Shown piece after piece: positions 10,919 through 20,300 of a stretch of 20,300 nucleotides of DNA; within the stretch, counting starts at the first letter, position 1, and each line of letters starts with the position of its first letter. Under the pieces are notes generated by a model that worked only from the letters and a program-made list of their open reading frames with translations, was not told the origin of the DNA and searched no databases. Where the stretch lies: NCBI GenBank assembly GCA_002104945.1, contig MCFH01000183.1, positions 1 to 20,300 on the forward strand, written 5' to 3'. Origin of the DNA: Piromyces finnis finn. Lineage: Eukaryota > Fungi > Neocallimastigomycota. The position numbers were made by a program, and so were the translations under genes.

Positions 10919-12959
10919 ATGTCATTTTTAAAGTGGTTTACTGTAAATATCATAATATATATACAATATTAATTTCTATTTTAAATTTTTATTATATAAA
11001 TAACTTATTAATAATATATATAATAATATAAAGGGAAGTAATACTTCTTCTAAATCTAGCAATACTAGTATAAAATCGCTTGACGAGAGATATATTGGAT
11101 TTCATAATGTATTATTTTTAAATATATTATTTATTCTTTAATTTTATAAATAATAAACAATATATTTTTTCTTTCTTTCTTTTTACTTTCTTACTCTTTT
11201 TTTTTTATTATTATAAATGAATATGTAATAAATATACTATAGTTTGGAAATACATGGTAATTAATAATTATATTAATTTAAATTAATTTTAATATTAATA
11301 TATACTCAACTAATTAATTGTTAATTGAAAAATTAATATAATTGGTTTTTAATACATAATTTTGTTATAATTTATCATTTAATATTTATAAGTTATTGTA
11401 ATTCAATATTACAAGCTCTTTATCATTGTGAACCATTCAGAGAATGTATTCAATTTTATAAACCTAAAGATACCATTCCATATTTAATACAGGATGAAAA
11501 ATACAGGAATATATTTTTTAAACCGAAGTCAACTTCTTCATCTAAAAAAAATAAATTTTCAAAAAAAGGAAGCAATTTACCTACAACACCGGTCCAACAA
11601 AATCCAGAAAATTTATCACCCACTTCAAATATATCAACTATACCATCTAATTTATCAATAAAAAGTTCAGCGTCATCAAATGCAGGTACAAATGAACAAA
11701 AGGCTCCGAAATTAAGTAATAGAAGTGGCAAAGCTGTAGTCAGTGAAACTTTAAAAATTGTAAAAGAATTTGAGAGTGAAGAAAGTTTATTATGGGAATT
11801 AAAAAATGTATTTTTACAAATTTCATCTAATAAAAAAAAGCAAGGTTCAGTTGCTCCAAAACATTTCATAGATGTTCTTCAAAAAAAAAATGGTAAAATA
11901 TTACATCAATAGTTATAAAAATTGAATTAAATATATTTGATTGACTCTGAAATGAGTTATATTTAATATATTTATTTTTATCAATATTTAATAGAAATAT
12001 TTAGAGGTACTCAACATCAAGATGCTCAAGAATTTTTAAACTTTTTATTAAATTCTATTTCCGAAAGTTTATCAAATTACCAAAATAAATTATTAAAAAG
12101 ATGGGATCAACATATTGAAGAAGAAAATAATAAGAAAAAAGCAAAAGAAGCAAAAAAAAAGGACTGTAAATATTATTATATATATATATATTTTAATATA
12201 ATATAATCAAAATAAATAATTTTTTGATAGATATTTTAACCTTATTTTTTTTTAATGATAGTAGCACATGCTCAACCAAAATCATTATTGAATGTCGAGG
12301 AAATTCCAAAACAAAATATCTATTCTACATGGATCCATGAACTTTTTGAAGGAATACTTACAAATGAAATTAAATGTTTAAATTGTGAAAATGTATATAC
12401 ATTATAAATTTTAAATAATAATCTATAAAATATATTTAATTTTAAATTATTAGATTATTAATTTTTATTATTTTATTTTATTTTATTTTATTTTTCTATA
12501 TAATGTAGGTATCATCAAGGGATGAATCATTCTTTGATTTATCAGTAGATATTGAACATAACACATCCATTTCTTCATGCTTAAAGAATTTTTCATCATC
12601 AGAAAGATTATGTCAAAAGAATAAGTTTTATTGTGATACTTGTTGTGGATTACAAGAAGCAGAAAAAAGGTATATATTGTTTTAATTTTAAGTTAATTTT
12701 GAATAGATTTGAATAGAAATATTAATAATCAAAACTCAAAATAATTTTATTTATTTATAACATATAAAACATATATATAAACTTATAATTGTATAAAAGA
12801 ATGAAAATAAAAAGAGCACCAAACATTTTGGCCCTTCATCTTAAAAGATTTAAGTATGAAGAAAGGTTAAATAGATATGTAAAATTACCATATAGAGTAC
12901 TTTTCCCTACAGAATTGCGTTTATCAAATATGGTAAATTAATATATTTATTAAAAGTTG

Positions 12960-13001
<42 letters not shown>

Positions 13002-13278
13002 TAATAATAATAATAATAATAATAATTAGAGTGATAAAGCGGAAAATCCAGATAGACTTTATAATTTAATTGCTGTTACTATTCATATTGGAAAGTAAGT
13101 TTTTAAGAAAATTATTATTTTATATAATATAAATTCTAATATTTAATCATTTGTCTTATAATAGTGGTCCATATCATGGTCATTATGTTACTGTTGTAAG
13201 AGGAAAAAGTACATGGTTAATGTGTGATGACGAAAATGTTGAGGTAATTAGTAATTTAGATAATAATTTATTTTTAAT

Positions 13279-13309
<31 letters not shown>

Positions 13310-13771
13310 AAGCTTTTATATAATATATTTATCTAATAATCTATATAATTTTATTTTTATTTTTTTTATTTTTTTTTATTTTTTTTTTTTCCATAGCCTA
13401 TTGATGAATTAGTACTTCAATCATTCTTCGGGGATTTAAATAATTATAGATGTGGTTACATTTTTTTCTATCAAGCTGATGACTTTAAGGTTGATTCTAT
13501 GATTACTTTAAGAGATACTAGTAACAATAAACTCAATAATAAGGAAAATATTATAGAAGAATTAATTACTAGTAATGTCAATGAAGCAACAAATCCAAAT
13601 ACTCAAAATAATACATATTTAACTGCACCTGTAAACCCAATAAATGATAGTTTTTCATCAAATCCGGAAAGTGAAATTTTGGAAAGTGAACAAGATAATT
13701 CAATTGATTTAACTTCTTTAAATCTCTCTGAAGAAGTTAATGAGACTTTAGAAGAAAATAAAACAAAATAG
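10919..13771 (+). CDS. creB: Ubiquitin-specific protease, USP12/USP46 (CreB/Ubp9/Ubp13) subfamily; 11 exons, ~575 aa
   Basis: Exons: 10919-10942, 11034-11108, 11243-11256, 11393-11892, 11995-12165, 12262-12392, 12509-12669, 12800-12932, 13030-13094, 13165-13243, 13397-13771 (1728 nt, in frame). Cys box [23 protein letters not shown]; [14 protein letters not shown]; zinc finger [20 protein letters not shown]; LALHLKRF; His box [12 protein letters not shown]; [10 protein letters not shown]. The first exon (MSFLKWFT) is the least certain part. Confidence 0.92.
12960..13027. repeat. (AAT)n microsatellite filling most of USP intron 8
   Basis: About 22 AAT units with one interruption, read directly. 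Confidence 0.95.
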
Positions 13772-14466
13772 AATATGCATGAACAAAAATAAATATAAAG
13801 TAATTAAAATAAAAAAAAAAAAAAAAAAATTAGTAATATTAAATGAAGGGGAATAAAAAGTTATTTAATGAATTTATAATCATATCTAAATACATTTTTT
13901 ATTTTAAATTTTCATAATAAAAATAATTATCTATTATTAAATATTATTAAGTAAGTAAATTAGTATTAGTCTTGTAATTAAGTATCTTTTTATTTTATTT
14001 TATTTATACATTATTATAAACATTATTTTATTTATAAATCTTTTTATAAATCTTTTTTTTTTTTCCTTTTTCTTTTAAAATTAATACACATAAGCTACAT
14101 TTAAGTGTAATAATAACTTTTTTTATAAATATATGTATAAAAATAAAATATTATTCCAATATAAACATATAATTATATATAATAATGAAAAAAAAAGAAA
14201 AAAAAAAGAAAATTTTTTTAATCTTTAGTCTTTAAAATAAATACTTATTTTGATATAATTTGTATAAAAAACTTCCATTTTAAATCTTAATTTTATTTAT
14301 TTATTTATTTATATATTTATATATTGTTTAACAATCAAGTTATTTTGTTTTATAATTTTTATTTTTTTCGTATATTTATTAAAATAATTGCTAATGAATA
14401 TTTAATTGAAAAAAAAAAAAAAAAAAAATTAAATCCTTTATTTAAATATTAATTTATTATTTTCAT

Positions 14467-15288
14467 TTATTTTCTCTTTATCTTTTTCTTTTCTAATTCC
14501 AAAACCTTTTGTACTCTTTCTATTATAGATTCTTGCACTGTTTTCCCTGGTACCATTTTACAACTTTCAGCATTATATGGTGGACTAATAGTAACTTCAT
14601 CCATAACAACAATTGATTTATTATTCCATGAACATGGCATTGTTTTACTAAGAGCATCAAAAATTTGTTGAGCTTCTTCAGTAACCCCAACACCAATTCT
14701 ATTTTGACGTTGGAATTCTTCCTTTAATGCCTTCTTTTCTTTATTAATGATATCATCAATATTTACTGGACAAACTGGAACAAGTGTAGATAATGAATTG
14801 CTGTATGGATCGTTTTGATTCTTTTTAGGTTTTGATTCTCCTTCAGTTGTTGAGGATGTTATAGTATCAGTAGTTTCATTATTATTTTCTTCTGTTTTTG
14901 TTGATGAAGATGTATTAGATATATTTTTAGTATCATTCTTTGACTTTGTACTATTGGATTGAGCTTTTTCATTAGTCTTTGATATATCATTGCTTTTTTC
15001 ATTTTCAGTAGTAGCTGTTTCTTTTTCAGTAGATGGTATTGAAATTTCCTTAATATAACTGATTTTAACAATTCTGAAGTTATACTTTGGATGAGTTCCT
15101 GGAATTTCTACACCATTTTCTGGTTTACATTTTTGTTGAAGAACAACAACATTACTAATTTTATCATATGTAAAAATTTGACCTTCAACTTCTTCTCCAT
15201 TTTCTAATTTCAACTTAACCCATTGAGCCAAGTGTGGAAATTGAGAATGAAGGAGTGAAAGCTCACTCATCGCTAATTGGTTTTGCAT
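14467..15288 (-). CDS. LSM12: LSM12-like protein (N-terminal Lsm domain, low-complexity linker, C-terminal AD domain); single exon, 273 aa
   Basis: ORF track. WVKLKLENGEEVEGQIFTYD..VVVLQ is the Lsm fold; RIGVGVTEEAQQIFDALSKTMPCSWNNKSIVVMDEVTISPPY is the LSM12 AD-domain signature. The start could be M1 or M7. Confidence 0.92.
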   Translation of the reverse strand: MQNQLAMSELSLLHSQFPHLAQWVKLKLENGEEVEGQIFTYDKISNVVVLQQKCKPENGVEIPGTHPKYNFRIVKISYIKEISIPSTEKETATTENEKSNDISKTNEKAQSNSTKSKNDTKNISNTSSSTKTEENNNETTDTITSSTTEGESKPKKNQNDPYSNSLSTLVPVCPVNIDDIINKEKKALKEEFQRQNRIGVGVTEEAQQIFDALSKTMPCSWNNKSIVVMDEVTISPPYNAESCKMVPGKTVQESIIERVQKVLELEKKKIKRK

Positions 15289-16855
15289 TTTTCTTTATTA
15301 TATTTATTATTATTACTTTATTTATTTTTTTGTTTTTGTTTTTATAAATTTGCTATTGTCTAATAAATTAAATATGTGGTAAAAAATAAAGATTAAATAT
15401 AAATAAATAGTTAATAGTATAAAGACATGTTTTTAATATATTGATTATTTATTAATTTTGTTTATTTTATACCATTATTGCCGTTTGAAGTAAAATTCGA
15501 ATTAAAACCAATTTTTTTAAAAAGATTAAAATTTTTAGTCAGACATTTTGGTGTTATATATATAATGATTAAAAAATAAAAAGGTTAGATATAATTTCAC
15601 AACGTTTATTTTATATTTGTTAAATCAGATAATAATTATATTTTATTTATGTTAATAATAAATAAAACATTTCAACTTATAACAACAATTATATCTAAAT
15701 ATTTTGATATAGCAATTAATAATAGTTGAAAAAAAGGTAATGTGTATTATGCTATATTAATATCTTTTAGAATTAATTTGTCTCTTTTCTTTCTCTTTTC
15801 ATTTTTATTATTTTTTTTTTTTTTAATTTTTAATTTAGTTTAATTTTATTTTATTTTATTTTACTTTATTTTACTTTAGACTTTACTTTATATTTTATCT
15901 TTAGTTTTCAAAATATTATTACTTTTCAATCACCCTAATCCATTTAATAAATATTACTTTTTCTATTTTAAATCTTGTTTATTTTATTAATATATCTTTA
16001 GCAAAAAATATTTAAAACTTAAAAATACTTTACAATAAAAGGGTTTATTATATCTATTAGAATGTATTAAATAGATTAAGAATAATTATTGTAAATAGCT
16101 GGTATTTTTGAAATAAAAATAACAGAGGAAAAAATTTTTTATAAAAATATGTTTAATCCATTAAATTATTCTAATAAATAATATATATAAATTTTTAATA
16201 AATATTTTAATGCAAAAATTATTATAATAATTTTAAAGTAGATCAATTAATTTTAATTTATTTTATATCATTCGTTTATTAATTAATTATTATTTTTTTT
16301 AAAAAAAAAAATAGTATTTTTTATCATTTTAAATATTACTTAAAAAAAGATAAAAAAAAAAAAGAGAGAAAAACTCGTTTCTATTTTAAATACAAAGACA
16401 CAATATTTGTAATATCTCGTAAATTCAGTGTAGTGTAATGAGTAATATAAAACATAAAACAATATATAAAAGTTTTATTATTACTTTTAATAAACTATAA
16501 TGCTATACATTATTGTAAATTTATCTTAATACCTCAAAATACTTTTCACAGTTTTATTATATTCCTTTTTTTTATGAAGCATTATATATAATATTTGTAT
16601 ATAATAATTGAAATATCAATACTCATTATACATGAAAAAAATAATATTATTATTAATATATATTCATGTTTTATTTCTTATATATTATATTTTCTTTAAT
16701 ATTTTTTATAATTATTTGAACAAATATTATATAATTATATAGAATTTACAAAATCTTATAAATTTTATTTTATTAAGAAATATTGAATAAAGAATTAAAA
16801 AATATGATAACGCTATAAATATAGTTTTGATGTTTTTATATTTTTATATTATAAT

Positions 16856-17006
16856 TTAAGTATTTGTTACTGGCATTGATTTAATTTTCTGTTCTAATAT
16901 TCATTTTTTCTTTTATATTCTTCTATTCTTGTAAAACTTTTTGTTGATATTTCTTATTTGTTGAAGCTCCATTTTTCTCTATCTTCAGCTTTTATAATAA
17001 AAAGGA

Positions 17007-17041
<35 letters not shown>

Positions 17042-17961
17042 TAAATTAAAAATTTATTTTCATTATTATCATAATTTTGAATCAGTAAATGTTGTAATAT
17101 ATAATCTATATTGAAACTTACTATAATATTTATCAAATATTCTGGTTTATTATCTGATATGTTGGATGGGGTTGTTAAAAATTTATGCATTGATTGAACA
17201 GGTTCATGAAAAACCTATTTAACAATTTTTTGTTAGAATTATTAATTTATTTAATATATTGATTTTAAATGATTATTTAAGATAATCAATTTACTACTAG
17301 CATAATAATAAAATTACTTTTTATTTTAAAAATTTTCACACATACCAATTCATCATAATGATCTGAAAGTACTGGCTTTTTCCTTGAAGATTGGTATCAT
17401 CCTTTGGATAGAGTTGAAGTTGATGGAAAAAAGATATGTGTTTTTCAGACGGATCTTGAAATAAAGTTTAATAAAATTTCAAATTCACCCCAACCTGTTT
17501 CTGAAACCTCATATGGGAAAAGAATCCACCACTTTTAATTTTTAAAATTTAAATATTTAAAATTAATTTATATATAAAAATATTATAAAATTGAAAAGTA
17601 AATAAATAAAATATTAGTTTGCTATATGTCTTTTTTACACTACCTCGATTTGGATTCTCAAAACTCTCATGTAGACGAAAAACAACTTTTTTTATATACG
17701 TAGAAATATCTTCACCATTTACACCACGAACAAATACCGTCCAACGATGAGTATGTCCATTTTCAAGTTTTTTTTGTAGTGGTACAGCATATGAACCATA
17801 AATAATTGGTTTAACAATGGTTACATTCTATTTTTACATGTTTTAAAATATTATTAATGAATATTCTCTTTTTTAATAATAAATTATTAATTATTATTAT
17901 TTTGATATATTATCAACCCTTAATCTTTATTTGAATTTCCTTGAATTTTACTTGTTGACAT
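16856..17961 (-). CDS. YAF9: YEATS-domain protein Yaf9/GAS41 (NuA4/SWR1 subunit); 5 exons; apparent frameshifts in homopolymer runs
   Basis: Exons ~17961-17918, 17827-17644, 17531-17346, 17214-17122, 16988-16856. KPIIYGS..HTHRWTVFVRG..YIKKVVFRLHESFENPNR, PYEVSETGWGEFEI, YDELVFHEP and a C-terminal coiled coil. About 10 single-base indels are needed to keep the frame. Confidence 0.88.
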
Positions 17962-18369
17962 AATAAATAATATAGTATAATTAATTATTCATTATAAATT
18001 AAATAAAATGGTATAATAGCAAAATATAGAGTGATTAATAAATCAACATATTAATGTATTATCAAAAAAAGAAAAAGAAATTGAAATAGAAAATTATTAT
18101 TTGAAATATCAAATTTCAAATATCTGAAAATTTTTTAGAATAATCTTATATTTTTTTCTATTTTATTTTTTAATATACTATAATATTTATTTTTTTATTT
18201 AATTAAATTTTTTTTTTTTTTTTTTATTTTGAAGATTTAAAATTATTGAATTTATATAATTATTTTATTATATTTGCTGCTATTAAAAAAGCTCTTAGTT
18301 TGTTTTATCCTTCTTTTATATTTTTATTAAATAAACTAAATTACATTAAAATAATGAAAAAAAGAAAAA

Positions 18370-19948
18370 CTAAACTAATTTATCTTTTGGTGTACTATTA
18401 AAGAAATTGTAGATAAGTCTAGCGCTCTCTATACCAACTAGTGGATTTAATTGATCAACAGTCATTTGACTTAATTCATAGATATTTTCTACATTGTTCA
18501 TAATAATTCTATAATTTTTATAGTTTACACCTGGTATCGATAGTAGCATTTCTTGAGGTGTAACATTATATTGCGTATAAGGATTATAGGATTTTTCTTG
18601 ATTATTTTTTTCCAATAATTCTGTTCCTTTTGATAATGCTTCTTGTTCATCTGGTTCCTTCTGACTTTTCTTTTTTTTTTTTTATTAAATAATGTTATTT
18701 CAAAAATAGGAATAATAAAAAATATAAAATTGTAAAATTAATTTAAAAAATAAAAAATATTAATATAATATTTTCTTATTTTCGATGATTAAGTATATGT
18801 TTTACTTTAATATCGTCAAACATTTCTGATGATGCATATGGACTAGAAGCCCATAAAATTTTTAGATTAGGAAAAGCAAGTAAGAGAAGGACGATTTTTG
18901 ATTGAATATCTTCATTGGATATTTCAGATTTATTTACCGACTTATATTTTTATTTATGTTTTTGAATATTTTTAAAATTAATGTTAATGGATTTTTTTTA
19001 TTAAAGATACATTTGAAAATATATATTAAAATATGCAAAATTACCTGTAGTAAAAATGATTTATCTTGATTAAATTCTATTAATAAAATAGGCTGTTTAT
19101 AATAGGTAGACATAGACTCGACTTGGTTATATCTAATATTTCAAATGATTGAAATGTATATTGTTAAATATATAAAATCAACTAGTTATAATAAAATAGA
19201 TATATGTTTTCTTATGAAAATTTTTTATTTAATATTAATATTTACAATCTACCACTTTTAAAGGATTGAATTAAATCATTAACACTTTTTCGTTCAACAC
19301 AATGAGTTGGTGTTAAGATATAATCACCAACAATCAAAGTGCAAGGTTTAACATTTATTTCCTTTGTATGAATTAATAAGGGAAGAGAGCATCTAAACTC
19401 TCTTACATCAACAATAATCTTTTATGTTTCATTATTAAAATTAAAATTCATGATATAATAATGTAATAATAATAAATGAATATAATTTCTCCTTTTTCTA
19501 CTTACTTGTTTTTTATATCCCTTTTCCAATTGACCACCTGCTATCCTTGTATTTATTTCTTTCCAGAAGTCATCTTCTGGTTGCAATTTAATTCTACCAT
19601 CTTGATCAATAGGAATTGACATAATCTATTCATTTATATATATTATTTAAAAATTATTTAAATGATGATTTTTAAATTTATTTACTATAAAATAAGATTA
19701 TTTAAATATAGTTTAATAAAAATAATCCTTTTTTACACTTTTTTCTTTAATTAAACGTTTCAAATGCATATTTTTCTCTTCTAATTTGACTAAGGTATCT
19801 TTGTTCCTCAATGGAATTATCATAAATTAACATATATACCTTTGGTATTTTTTTCTTTTTTAATGATGCACAATATATCTGTTAAATGAATAAAAAATAT
19901 AAAATTATATTTTGAATATTCGATATTATTATAATTTTTTGCAATTTA

Positions 19949-19983
<35 letters not shown>

Positions 19984-20300
19984 ATAAAATAAGATAATAT
20001 ATATTATATATATTATATTTAATTTAATATAAGAAAAGAAATAAAAATTATTTTAATCTTACTTCTAAATTTCTAATAAAATTTAGATTTGGATCATAAA
20101 TAATAACATAATCGGGACTAATATCCTCCAACATTTTATAATCATCTTCCATATCAGATTGTCTTAAAAATCGAGTATTTGAATATTCTCGTATAATAAT
20201 ATTTTCATCATCATTTTTCCCATCTCTTCATCAATTTGAATATCAAACGTAAATATTCACCAAATCTTGTTCTTCATCTTCCATTTCTAAACAATTATAT
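18370..20300 (-). CDS. RAD1: XPF/ERCC4 (Rad1/Mei-9) structure-specific endonuclease, 3' portion; 5' end lies beyond the window
   Basis: Exons >20300-20063, 19878-19737, 19625-19506, 19418-19246, 19132-19045, 18940-18806, 18669-18370. [18 protein letters not shown]; [16 protein letters not shown]; NTRIAGGQ; [13 protein letters not shown]; nuclease [16 protein letters not shown]; HhH2 [17 protein letters not shown]. Indels at ~19759 and in 20210-20260. Confidence 0.95.

Noticed and set aside
11456-11869. 137-aa minus-strand ORF
   Set aside because: Antisense shadow of USP exon 4.
12259-12264. TAGTAG tandem (NAGNAG) acceptor in USP
   Set aside because: Real but common; it changes one residue in a non-conserved linker.
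14859-15071. 70-aa alternative-frame ORF inside LSM12
   Set aside because: Same-strand shifted frame over the low-complexity linker with no recognisable features.
15841-15895. (ATTTT)n grading into (ACTTT)n, plus long poly-A/T runs elsewhere (e.g. ~8918-8941, ~19950-19981)
   Set aside because: Ordinary simple repeats expected at this AT content.
16424-16445. TAGTGTAATGAGTA resembles a tRNA D-arm/A-box
   Set aside because: No downstream GTTCRA T-loop, no acceptor stem and no cloverleaf.
16856-17961. Euplotes-style programmed +1 frameshifting in YAF9
   Set aside because: The indels are of both signs and lack a shared slippery-site-plus-stop motif, and the neighbouring genes have none.
10919-20300. 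USP, LSM12, YAF9 and XPF as a functional gene cluster
   Set aside because: Unrelated housekeeping functions, with no shared motif or pathway evidence in the sequence.

Overview
Extremely AT-rich, intron-dense fungal nuclear DNA; an anaerobic gut fungus (Neocallimastigomycota) is my inference from composition and gene content, not something I verified. Five housekeeping genes could be spliced by hand: a Sip3/Lam1-type BAR-PH-GRAM-VASt-TM lipid-transfer protein (-, 22 exons, intact), a USP12/46 (CreB/Ubp13)-type deubiquitinase (+, 11 exons, intact), intronless LSM12 (-), a YEATS gene YAF9/GAS41 (-, about 10 homopolymer indels) and the 3' part of XPF/RAD1 (-, truncated by the window, a few indels). 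The first 2025 bases form a spacer-less palindrome centred at 1006/1007. Its arms differ almost only by small indels, and it carries a decayed, intron-retaining copy of the Sip3-like 3' end. The indel-only arm differences and the frameshifts at the right end, against an error-free middle, suggest a long-read contig with poor consensus at both ends. The palindrome and frameshifts may therefore be artefacts. The most robust unusual biological signal is the splice code: about 16 of 41 modelled acceptors are AAG, only 1 is CAG, and two follow a pure A13 run. I found no convincing novel multi-gene system, mobile element, CRISPR array or RNA gene.
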